The notes below the pieces were generated by a model. The model made no database searches. It saw only the letters and a program-made list of their open reading frames with translations, and was not told the origin of the DNA. 35,948 nucleotides of DNA from Octopus bimaculoides (taxonomy: Eukaryota): positions 133,390,816 to 133,426,763 of the forward strand of contig NC_068983.1 in assembly GCF_001194135.2 (NCBI RefSeq). Reading direction: 5' to 3'. Shown here in pieces: positions 10,829 through 22,337 of this stretch (position 1 is its first letter; every line of letters begins with the position of its first letter). The position numbers were made by a program, and so were the translations under genes.

Positions 10829-10859
10829 AAGCAAACACATATACCTATCTCTCTCTATA

Positions 10860-10952
<93 letters not shown>

Positions 10953-12300
10953 NNNNNNNNNNNNNNNNNNNNNNNNNNNNNNNNNNNNNNNNNNNNNNNN
11001 NNNNNNNNNNNNNNNNNNNNNNNNNNNNNNNNNNNNNNNNNNNNNNNNNNNNNNNNNNNNNNNNNNNNNNNNNNNNNNNNNNNNNNNNNNNNNNNNNNNN
11101 NNNNNNNNNNNNNNNNNNNNNNNNNNNNNNNNNNNNNNNNNNNNNNNNNNNNNNNNNNNNNNNNNNNNNNNNNNNNNNNNNNNNNNNNNNNNNNNNNNNN
11201 NNNNNNNNNNNNNNNNNNNTATATATATACATATATATATATATATATGTATACATGTAGATATAACTATACACACACCTGTGTACGTACGTATGTATGT
11301 ATATATATATATACATACACATAAGCACATATAAAAATACGCACATATATTCGCATATACACAGGCATGTAAATATATAAAATTATTTCGTTTATATTTG
11401 TTTGTGTGTATAGGTATTTGTAAGTAAATGGGTACTCATAATATGTGTGTATATTACCCATGTATTATATATGCACGTATGTGTTTGTGTTTATGCGTAT
11501 GTTTATGCGCAATATACTTATGTGTGTATATATTCTGTGTGCGTATATATGTTTCAGAGTCTGTATGTATATCAGTGCATGTGTAAGACCGTGTCTGTGT
11601 GAGCATGTATATGTATATGTATGGGTTTGTATTTTTAAGACTCTGTATGTTATTGAGAAAAAAGAAAGAAAGAAAGAAATAGAGAGAGAGAGAAAGAGAG
11701 TGAGGGAGAGATGAATGAGTGAATGTTTGATGAGAAAGAAAATTTGCCCGTTAGTGAAATAGTTAGCAAAAACAGATTGGAGAGCGGCGGCGCCTGGTTT
11801 CAGTGGCGTGGAGTTATTTCTGTTGTTACTGTTGACAACTATTTGAGATTTACTTACTGCCTGGGCACACTTAATAGCAGTATACCAGCAAGAAAATGTA
11901 ACGATAATAATAATAATAACAACAAACAACAATCATGACAGTTGGACTGTCGTTATAATTAGATTTAACTCACAGACATATTTATATGTATACACATACA
12001 CACACACACACACATATATAAATACACACACAGAGACACACACACGTGTGTGTACATTATATATTTTATATTTATTTGTATATAATTATATATATATTTA
12101 TATATATACACGCACACAATCACATTTATCCACAATAGCATAAAAAAATAAACAACAATAATGATGAATATAATGTTAATAATAAGAATGAAGATGTAGT
12201 TTTCTCAACATTGATTTATATATATATATATATATTTATATATGTATATATATATGTGTGTGTATATATATATATATTTTTATATATGTATATATGTGTG

Positions 12301-12336
<36 letters not shown>

Positions 12337-13434
12337 GAAAGAGCGAGATACATACATACATATATACATACATTCATTCATACATACATACATACATTCA
12401 TACATTCATACATACATACATACATACATACATACACATGTATACTACACAGCAATACATCTTTCTTCATATGGAACAACAAAATAATTAATGTGTTATA
12501 CCAGACTCCAGGTAGGAATTCCAACTTATTCCCCTGTTATATTCATGCTTCTCACTATATTCAACATGAAAGAAGTGCCATATCATTCTTGATTATTATT
12601 CATGTATTTATATGTTCAATTATTTTTCTTTAAAATTACTTTTGTTGAATAATTATATTTTACTTCATATACTTATTGTTCAGTGATATTATTTTATATA
12701 TTTTCTCTTTGATTTTCTCTTCTTCATACATCACTGCAATCAAGAATAGAAAATTATATATACATACATACATATATANNNNNNNNNNNNNNNNNNNNNN
12801 NNNNNNNNNNNNNNNNNNNNNNNNNNNNNNNNNNNNNNNNNNNNNNNNNNNNNNNNNNNNNNNNNNNNNNNNNNNNNNNNNNNNNNNNNNNNNNNNNNNN
12901 NNNNNNNNNNNNNNNNNNNNNNNNNNNNNNNNNNNNNNNNNNNNNNNNNNNNNNNNNNNNNNNNNNNNNNNNNNNNNNNNNNNNNNNNNNNNNNNNNNNN
13001 NNNNNNNNNNNNNNNNNNNNNNNNNNNNNNNNNNNNNNNNNNNNNNNNNNNNNNNNNNNNNNNNNNNNNNNNNNNNNNNNNNNNNNNNNNNNNNNNNNNN
13101 NNNNNNNNNNNNNNNNNNNNNNNNNNNNNNNNNNNNNNNNNNNNNNNNNNNNNNNNNNNNNNNNNNNNNNNNNNNNNNNNNNNNNNNNNNNNNNNNNNNN
13201 NNNNNNNNNNNNNNNNNNNNNNNNNNNNNNNNNNNNNNNNNNNNNNNNNNNNNNNNNNNNNNNNNNNNNNNNNNNNNNNNNNNNNNNNNNNNNNNNNNNN
13301 NNNNNNNNNNNNNNNNNNNNNNNNNNNNNNNNNNNNNNNNNNNNNNNNNNNNNNNNNNNNNNNNNNNNNNNNNNNNNNNNNNNNNNNTATATATATATAT
13401 ATGCATTTTCATGTGTGGTTTTGTGCTTTAGTTG

Positions 13435-13555
13435 TTATATCGTAGATTGTGGTTTCGATTCCTAGACTGAGCGATGCGTTGTGTTTGTAAGCAAGACACA
13501 TAATTTCACATTACTACAGCCCGCTCAGCTGGTAAAAATGAATAATCCGGCCAGG
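13435..13555 (+). mobile_element. Degenerate tRNA-derived SINE (family D)
   Basis: B-box GGTTTCGATTCC followed by gcgttgtgtttgtaagcaagacac...cgctcagctggtaaaaatgaata, which resembles a conserved SINE central domain. Confidence 0.5.
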
Positions 13556-14060
13556 GTAGGGGAGAGCATACCCCACAGAATTCTGGAAATCAGGTTTATG
13601 AGCCTTTAACTCAGAAAGGATATTTGTTTTTTCGCTCTTGTTTGTTTGTGTGTGTGTGTTTTATTCACATATCTGTCGATATTTGTAAATCGACAGATAG
13701 ATAGGTTATCATGTTTACCACAGGTAAATCACAACACAGACAAAAAATATATTTGTCTGATGCTCTAAGGACTCAATCAATACGTTGTTCTCTTCCACGT
13801 TTTCGTGCGTACGTCTGTGCAGTTATAAAATGTGCTTTGCTCAACTTCCTACTATAAAACACTGGTCATCTGAACTGAACAAGCTACTTCTATGTGTATG
13901 TAGATGTAGTTATTGTGCAGAAGGCTGTGTGTGCATGTGTATGTGCGTCCGATGTATGTGTGTGAGTGTGTGTGTGTGTTTGTTTGTGTATGTGTGTACA
14001 TGCGTACATATAAATAGATAGTTATGTATATGTGTATATGTATGTATGTATGGATGGATG

Positions 14061-14123
<63 letters not shown>

Positions 14124-14319
14124 GCATTCATATATACATATACACTTATAGTCAGACATGTGACATTTACTCTAATGTTTACATTTAAAGGAACTTCCGG
14201 TAAATCGATTCCATTTTGAAACTACTTCAGATGTCAAATGCATGCATGTTATGCTTATGGGAGATGCATAATTCCCCACCGAAACCCTCCTCATTCACCG
14301 TCTCTCACATCCCACTCTG

Positions 14320-14480
14320 ATCAGCTAAATATAGCAGCTAAATCTCGCTTTTATTCACATTCCCCTTATTAACAATAAAAGGGACATTTGAGAGTGTAGT
14401 CCTTGATACTCTTTACTCAATAAAAAGAAAAGCAGCATGGTCCTGACTGAAACGAGAATCATGGGTGTACTAGGTTAAGC
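14320..14480 (+). repeat. Interspersed repeat family X, copy 2
   Basis: By-eye homology to 1740-1885. Confidence 0.5.
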
Positions 14481-15172
14481 ATGACCTATGGTTAAACAAC
14501 AACAGTGACAACACTTCATCAACTAATCTCTGTCCTTATGTGTAACAGAAAATTCAGTCTTCATGATTAACCACGTGTGTTTAGTTGCGTAAAATTTCTA
14601 CACGTGAATTCAGCATAAATGATTTTTATCTCTTCATTCTCTTATACACATATGACATTTATGCAAGTATTCAGCGATGTGTGTGTGTGTGTGTGTGTGT
14701 GTGTGTCTGTCTGTGTGAGAGAACGAGAGAGTGAGGGAGTGAATGTGTGTGTGTGAGTGTATAATCTTTTTACTATAGCTTTTTTTCATGGTTACATCAG
14801 TTTCACGTCAACGTCTACCGCTTACAGCCGTTTCCCAGTTGTGTGTAGCACTGTGACTAATTAGTTCAATCAAGTGGTTTCATTCAATGTTTATGCTGTT
14901 ATTTTAGCATTTCTTCTGTTTGCTATACAGGTTATACGTCATATGATTTTGATACGTATCACCATCATTGTCGTCCTCATCATCATCATTATCATCATCA
15001 TCATCATCGTCATCAATATCATCATCAAATTTATTGAAGGTAGTTAAATTTGCTTTTTTATCCTTTCAAAGTCAATAAAATAAATTTCCATTCAAGCAAT
15101 CGATAACCCCTCCCTCCTCAAAATTACAGACCTTGTGCCTAAATCATAAACCTGCAAGCTGACGGAAAAGGT

Positions 15173-15330
15173 TGTGACATGGCAGAACTGTTTGCATGTC
15201 GGACAAAATGATTAGTGGCATTTCTTCCGGCTCATTACATTCTGATTTCAAATTCTGCAGGGTATAACTTTGCTTTTCAACATGTACTAGTAGCACTGGG
15301 GTAAACGTAATTGACTAGCGCTCTCCCCCA
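15173..15330 (+). mobile_element. SINE family B, degenerate and internally deleted
   Basis: ggcagaactgtttgcatgtcggacaaaatgattagtggcatttc...tcaaattc...gcactggggtaaacgtaattgact. A separate tail fragment lies at ~15095-15150. Confidence 0.6.
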
Positions 15331-15361
15331 ATATTTTAGGATTATTTTTATTATTGTAACT

Positions 15362-15764
15362 CTTTACTCTTTTACTTGTTTCAGTCATTTGACTGCGGCC
15401 ATGCTGGAGCACCGCCTTTAGTCGAGCAAATCGACCTTATGACTTATTCTTTGTAAGCCTGGTACTTATTCTATCGGTCTCTTTTTGCCGAACCGCTAAG
15501 TTACGGGGACGTAAACACACCAGCATCGGTTGTCAAGCGATGGGGGGGGGGGACAAACACAGACACACAAGCACACATACATATATATACATACATATAT
15601 ACGACGGGCTTCTTGCAGTTTCCGTCTACCAAATCCACTCACAAGGCTTTGGTCGGTCCGAGGCTATAGTAGAAGACACTTGCCCAAGGTACCACGCAGT
15701 GGGACTGAACCCGGGATCATGTGGTTGGTAAGCAAGCTACTTACCACACAGCCACTCCTGCGCC
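15362..15764 (-). mobile_element. Composite SINE family A, full length (best reference copy)
   Basis: Minus strand starts ggcgcaggagtggctgtgtggtaagtagcttgcttaccaaccacatg with B-box GGGTTCAGTCC, followed by the central module, an internal microsatellite and the 3' module ending gaaacaagtaaaagagt. Confidence 0.92.
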
Positions 15765-17369
15765 TATTGTATTTATTTTTATTATTATTACTGTGTTTTG
15801 CATTATCGGAGTTGTTAAGTCACACGGAAAAATTGGATTATTACCGAATTGACTGGATGAATCCCTTTTCGTTTTTTGTTTTTTTTTTTCCAAACAGAGG
15901 ACATAGAAATGTGACAAAAGCTCTCTATTTTTAGTCTTGTTTAATGTTTTCCAATGCTTTTACATAAACTCAATATGGTTTTTCTTACCAGGGTATAAGA
16001 GAGAGATGCAAATGACCAAAGGAACAGCGCCGATACGAATCCCCCCCATACACACCACCTGAACGAATAAAATGAAAACTTTCGAAAACTGTAAAAGAAT
16101 TTTTTTTTTTTGATAAACCAAAAATACTGTGGAACAAGTCTTCTGACAAATACGATCACAATTTGACACTAGAACACAAATGAAGACGATTAAATAAAGG
16201 TACTAACAAAAGAGCAACGCAAATTTATACAGCATTAACAAAGTACTAACGACAAGAACGTCGTTTGAATGCATTCATAGATACAACCACAGCCATAGTA
16301 TGTCAACAAAGATGTTGCATCTTTACTTTGGAAATATATTTAGGAATGATCAAGGTGAATGTTTACATAACTCAGCACCGCAAAAGCTAAACAGAGTATT
16401 TCATCACAACTTACGAAGCTTTTCTATGCAGTGAATGACATGATATGTCCATTGATAAGGAACAGACCATAATGAAGTGTATGCCTCTCTTGAAAATATA
16501 ATTCGACCAGATGATTGGATTGTTGAACAGGGAGCAGAAAAAGTCAGCTATTGTACATGTGTAACAGTATGAGGGAGGAAGCCCGGTTATTAAACTTGCA
16601 GAAAAGAGTGCAGAAATCCCAATTGTTAAACATGTGGAAGAGGGGCATAAAACCCAGCTATTAAATGTGTGGCACTATGATAACTTCACGCTAAGTGAAA
16701 CAAGAAAGTCGGAGAAAGAGGGGAAATGGGCAACAACAACAACAACAACAACAGATCACAGAATCTGTTGCTTCCGGAACACTTCCGCGGATCGCAGAAA
16801 AGAAATGAGTGGAGCCATTGTCTAGAGCTAATTAGTACTAGCTTTTGATTTGCGTCTACGAAGGGGATATGAACGACGGAGGAAGTGCACCGTTGATGAG
16901 AGAAGTAAAATCAAAAAGAAACTTCTCTCCTCCTTGTCCACTTCCGCAAAAATGAATGTTTTTTGGCTGAAAGCGAATAAAACATGCAAATAGGAGCTCA
17001 ACTTTTTCTGTTACTGTATTTGAGACATCGGTACTTATGTCACACAAAGCAGTTTTGGTTTAGTTAAGTTTTATCTGTCGTTAAGTCTATCTAAATGGCA
17101 GGCTTAACGTTATCATTTTCTTTTGTCAGTTATAATAAATAAGGAAGGATTTGAATAACTTAAAAAATTGAAACTTGTACTTCTCACCTAAAAAAAAAAA
17201 AACATTTGCACTTCCAAAGGGCCTAAGAAACGATGAAATGCTAACTTTTCAATCTCTTTTTAACTTAATTTAATACNNNNNNNNNNATGAAAAATGCATA
17301 GAGAGTGATGAAATAGTGTGTACTTTGCGCGCGCGCGCGCGTGTATACATATATGCATACATACATACA

Positions 17370-17400
<31 letters not shown>

Positions 17401-17456
17401 GTACCCTTTTCTTGCGGTTCAATCTAAATTGTAAAAATCAAAGAAATAATTAGATA

Positions 17457-17829
17457 TTGGAGTAAAGATTGTTTGCCAACATAACATGGCAGTCCTGGTT
17501 TAGGACGAATATTGCTGTAATTTAGCCCCAAGAGACATCGTCTCCAGCTGGCTATATGACACGAACTGTGTCCTTATATTTTCTAACAAGGGAACCTAGC
17601 ATCCCCCACTCAGCTCAATCGCAATATCTGTGTATCGCGATTTCCCTTCATCAGCACAGAATAATTGTTTTGAGCTGAGTGAGGGTGCTAGATTCCCTTG
17701 TTCAAAAATATATGGACACAGATTGTGTCGTATAGCCAGCTGGAGACGATGTCTCCTGGGCTAAATTACAGCAACATTCGTCTTAAACGAGGACTGATAT
17801 GTTATGTTGGCAGACAATCTTTACTCCAA
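17457..17829. mobile_element. 373-bp foldback/MITE-like element with ~160-bp arms
   Basis: Arms 17457-17618 and 17670-17829 are reverse complements, about 89% identical by manual count, around a ~50-bp spacer. Confidence 0.88.
17628..17659 (-). ncRNA. Hammerhead remnant lacking stem II, in the foldback spacer
   Basis: Minus strand reads ctgtg-CTGATGA-AGG-GAA-ATCGCGAT-A-cacag: 5-bp stem I, both core boxes, palindromic stem III and an AUA triplet. Confidence 0.6.
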
Positions 17830-19267
17830 AGTACAGTTGGTGAATATCTCTCATGGTGAGATTTAAAAATAGTAATTTTCTAATTAGATATTGTTTCCTG
17901 TTTTTAAATGAAAAATTCCTTACAAATCAAGATTTCAAAAATCAACGCCTGAAACCCATCTACGTGATAAAAAACGTATATGCCCCGAAATAAAGTTTCA
18001 TTTCGTCGTTTTCATTTGTACCGATTAAGATCATTATTTTACAGCTAACATTCTTTTCGCGCTTTTATACAGTATGAACAATGCAGTTTTTACGCCTTAA
18101 AAACGAAAATTTAAAGTTTACGTAAAAATATAATTCTACAGAAGAATGTAAAACCTTTAGGAAATTCTAAATGTTATTATAGCAAAATAAAAGTACATTA
18201 ACAATATTGTATACATTAGAGGTTTTAAACAATTAAATAGGATGCACTCACAACTCTTTCAATCTTCAATATATTCTAGTAAATCGGGAAAATTTTGTTG
18301 AGATTTCAATGGAGTTGGATACTTCTTTCGATGATGTGATCGCCACTCAAAATCATTCTGTTCAATGTTACTACTCTTTTAAATATAGAAATATAGTTTG
18401 AAAATTTTTTAAAGAGAATTTTCATTTGATTAGTTTGTTATTTTACTCTGAATTCTATTTTTCATCTAAAGAAGAATTAACGTTAGATAATTATTCCTTT
18501 CAAGACACGAATCTCATGAAGAAGAATCATAACTATAAACGAAACTCGACTCCCATTTGTAGTCAACCTCCTCAACGCCAAGTTGTTTCTCAAATGTGCA
18601 GTTTGTGCTCCACAGAAACATGCCCCTCACAAGGATATCCTTCAAATTACTCATTTTCGCAATAGAAATGTTCAGCCTTTATGCATGCTACTTGAATTTC
18701 ACCTGTTGTCTGATCTCTTACTTGAATAGATGTTTTACGTCGGGAGTAAGGTTTAGATCTCGTGATTATTCTTTTATTCCATTAGTTGTAATGAGGTCAT
18801 TGTACATAGCATTTATATAACTTTCACATTTCCACACAAATCATAACCAAGGACGTTATCTAAAATTTGTAATGTGCTAAATACAATATTAATTCGCTTA
18901 CAGTATTTTTAACATTAACACAAAAATATAAAGAATACCATTCTTTAGATAGGTATTTGGTCACCTATGTTTTTTGTTGGTACGATGAGATACCGGAAAT
19001 GATTGGCAGTCATGTCCCTTTACTGAGCGTTCATTTGCTGAATGATACACCACCATTAATGTTAACTTGACATCTATACTTCCAGCAAATGAAAAAAAAC
19101 AAATAATCGCTCCTTCCAAACTTTAAATACTGGTTGAAATTATTCATTTTAGAACTATAACTTTTTAGAGACATATATTCGTCTTGCAAGATTCTTGATA
19201 TGAAATCGTGTGTTGAAACAGATATTGTTGTATTTGGGGATGGCCATATTGCCAGTTTAGCCAATAA

Positions 19268-19645
19268 CAGTAACTTTAGCAGCAACAAGACAACGACATA
19301 CGTAGGGGAAACAGCACGGAGCATAGGAGAGCGGGTAAATGACCATTGGAGGGAACTTAAGGAAAAGAAGAGCTCATCGGTTCTGTACCAGCACGCCGAG
19401 CAGGAACACGAGGGCTCACTCAACAACATAGAAGTTAAAATCTTGTCCACGCATAGAACAGACGCAACACTTAGACAAATTACAGATGCTACTCACATAA
19501 TAGAAGATAAACCTAGCCTGAATAGGAAACTGNNNNNNNNNNTCACATAATAGAAGATAAACCTAGCCTGAATAGGAAACTGGAATGGAACAGTAGCACA
19601 CACACCCAACACACCACAACATATGACAGAATAAGATCCCCATAA
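19268..19645 (+). pseudogene. PLE GIY-YIG endonuclease C-terminal fragment
   Basis: TYVGETARSIGERVNDH...SVLYQHAEQEH...KILSTHRTDATLRQITDATHIIEDKPSLNRKLEW contains the YIG-equivalent motif, the conserved Arg, the Glu position (here Asp) and the Asn. The GIY half is missing. Confidence 0.85.
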
Positions 19646-20003
19646 ACTGATAACAATATGAATAAAATACAATACAATACACAGATAAACAAATGGACTT
19701 AAATAACTATATACGTTAATAAAATAAAATTAAATCAAATACAAAAAAAAAGAAAGAATAGAAAAAAATAAGTAGGTATAAGCACATGAACAAAATAAAT
19801 AAAAACAAATTAAACGAACGTGTATAAACCGGGGATACAGATAATGCAGGCACTCCCCTCACACACACACTTACTAAAAACATAGACACACATAGGAGTA
19901 TACGCATGTGCAAATAAAGACACATACAATAGGAACACAAGATACAAAATGGCTAATCGTTAGTAAGGAAAGACACACAAATAAGAAAGAAGAAAACAAA
20001 GGA

Positions 20004-20043
20004 CCAATGATGAGGCCACAGAAGTGTGACGGTAGAACTCTGG
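20004..20043 (+). ncRNA. Decayed hammerhead motif in the PLE 3' region
   Basis: cca-ATGATGA-G-GCCACA(gaag)TGTGAC-GGTAG-AA-CTC-tgg, with core substitutions; homologous to the units at 152-397. Confidence 0.5.
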
Positions 20044-21530
20044 CCAAAATACGGTTAATGTAAAAAATAAAATAAAGCTGAAGCAAATTAACACTAAATG
20101 TGTAGTGCGTGTGTTTTTATTGGCTAAACTGACAACATGACCATCCTCAAATACAACAATATTTTTAAAGACATCCTTTTCTAAATTAATCCTGTCTTGC
20201 TCGCATAAAATATTTGTTTCTTTCTCTTTATTGCAATTATTTTCTTCAGAAACTCAAAATATTTTGCTACACTTTTTTCTATTACTGACTTACGCTCCAC
20301 CAAATTTTTAACGATGTAGCTGAATTCTTAAATCGCTCAAACCAGTTATCACTTGCATTAAATGTCTCTTCATTATCCGCTCGATTACGATCATTTGGCA
20401 GAACTGTAAATATATTTTTGCATAACTTGAAGCTTTGTAAAGAGAAATACCTCGTTTCTCACAATACTCAAACTATACAAAATGGTTTTATTTCTATCAT
20501 TGCAATGCTTCACGTTCTTGTGCTTATTTCCAAACCGGAAAAAAGTTAGTAGCGATTTATTTTATTTTTTTATTTCAACCACATGCCAGTCGAGCCAGGC
20601 ATGCAAAATATCTACCAATCTTTGAATTTCTATACCTACGAGTAAGGCGTTTTATTACGTCAAATTTTTGCTCTTAATAAGCCTCTTCCCTGTTGTGGTT
20701 GAAGTATTTTTGATACAATGTATTTTTGACATTTACCATATTTACTAAAGGCGATCTATATAAAACAACAATGCCAGTTGTATTTGAAAATTCATAAATA
20801 ACTGTAGCTCGTTATCACATGACTACTGCTAAAAGCAAACCGGCTTTTGTTCTTCACTGGCGTCAAAATCACGCGAGATGAAGAGATTTAAATTTTCACA
20901 GAAAATTAAAAATAAGTAAAGGCATAAAATTCACAAGGTCACACATTTGGTCTCGTAATAAATTTAAAATGTATTTTATAATTCGTACTAAATCGAATTT
21001 ATAGTATGTATATGATATACAGTCAATTTCGGCATAATTTCCGTTTATCAAAGATCACTTAAGGTATTAGCCCAGCCGAGGTCTGGGTAGGACGTATTTT
21101 CCTGATATGTCAGACCGTGTAAATTAAAACTGAAAGTACTGCCGAGCAAACCTCTTAAACACCTCACCATATCTGTTGTATGTAATATGTTTGTTCGTTG
21201 GGCAATCATTTCTCTGTGTTTATTTCTTTACATGGTCTCAAACTTAGTTTCTCAGTGTTTTATTATGGTTCAGCTGTTTAAGAGAACATCGCTTCTGAAG
21301 TTTTTCGTGTTCTCAAAATTCTGACTACATTAAACTCTTACTACCACAAATATTCATGAACTCTGAGTTGGCAACAATTATTTCTGTTTTCTCATCAAAT
21401 TTCGTTCGTTTTGCTTAGTTTATGCATTTTATGTTTAATTCTGAACACCAGTTCTACGTATATTCAGCTTCTACATATATTTTCCTATATAATTATTTTC
21501 AACCAGGTGAATGTGATCGTTATCACCCTC

Positions 21531-21655
21531 ATCGTCGTCGTCGTCGTCGTCATCGTCGTCACCACCATCGTCGTCGCCACCATTGTCGTCGTCATCGTCG
21601 TCGTCGTCCCTGCCGCCTCCGCTATCGTCGTCTTCACTGTCAACATCATCATCAT
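21531..21655. repeat. Mixed (CGT)n/(CAT)n trinucleotide tract
   Basis: Direct reading. Confidence 0.9.
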
Positions 21656-21669
21656 GAGTGGGGAGTAAA

Positions 21670-22337
21670 TACGAGGTCTGGTCAATAAGTATCCGTACTG
21701 GTGCTATAAAAACAACGCTACAACACATAGTACCAATTTGGCATTTAATCTTCAAAGTAGTCCCCTTCGGAAGCCACACATTTTCCATTGATGGAAGCAT
21801 TCCTGGAACTCATTTTCTGGGATAATCAGCAGCTGCCTTCTCGCATTCACTTTTATTTCTTCGACGTTCTGAAATATTCATTTCAAGTGGGATTTGATTT
21901 TTGGAAAGAGGAAAAAGTCGCAAGGAGCGAGATCTGGGGAATATGGTGGCTGTCGGACCTGGGGAATGCAGTACCTAACCAAAAACCGCTGCTGAATGGG
22001 CAGGTGTGTTGTCATGGTGCAATTGCCACTCACCGGATGCATGCAATTGTGGCCTTTTCCGACGAATAGTATCCCATAAAACGTCACGGCAGTACTCCAT
22101 GTTCACTGTCTGACCAGGTGGAGCATACTCATGATGAACAACCCTCTTGAAGTCGAAGAAAATGGTCATCAGCGTCTTCACGTTGCTTCGACTCATTCGT
22201 GCTTTCTTCGGTCTCGGAGAGGTTGGGATCTTCCACTGCGAAGACGGCCTTGTTTCGGGGTCATAGCCATAGACACACGATTGCTCACCCGTTATGACCG
22301 TGTTTTCAAAACGTCTTCATCGTTCTCGATACAATCA
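21670..22337 (-). mobile_element. Mariner (Tc1/mariner DD34D) fragment: catalytic domain plus 3' TIR
   Basis: VITGEQSCVYGYDPET (decayed TGDE), WKIPTSPRPKK, LHHDNTPAH and PYSPDLAPCDFFLFPKIKSHLKG across frameshifts. TA at 21670-21671 is followed by TIR-like cgaggtctggtcaataagtatccg. The N-terminal half and other TIR are absent. Confidence 0.92.

Larger units (their letters stand above)
19173..20162 (+). mobile_element. 5'-truncated Penelope-like element with inverted terminal segment
   Basis: GIY-YIG coding 3' end, ~500-bp 3' UTR with a decayed HHR, and a 46-bp inverted repeat (19222-19267 vs 20117-20162, 4 mismatches). Confidence 0.8.

Noticed and set aside
17327-17341. (CG)n run with Z-DNA potential
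   Set aside because: It is short and part of an ordinary compound microsatellite.
19493-19582. 40-bp direct repeat in the GIY-YIG ORF
   Set aside because: The identical copies flank a 10-N gap, which indicates an unmerged contig overlap.
21422-21688. Arg/His-rich protamine-like ORF
   Set aside because: It is the translation of a (CGT/CAT)n tract, and its end runs into the mariner TIR.
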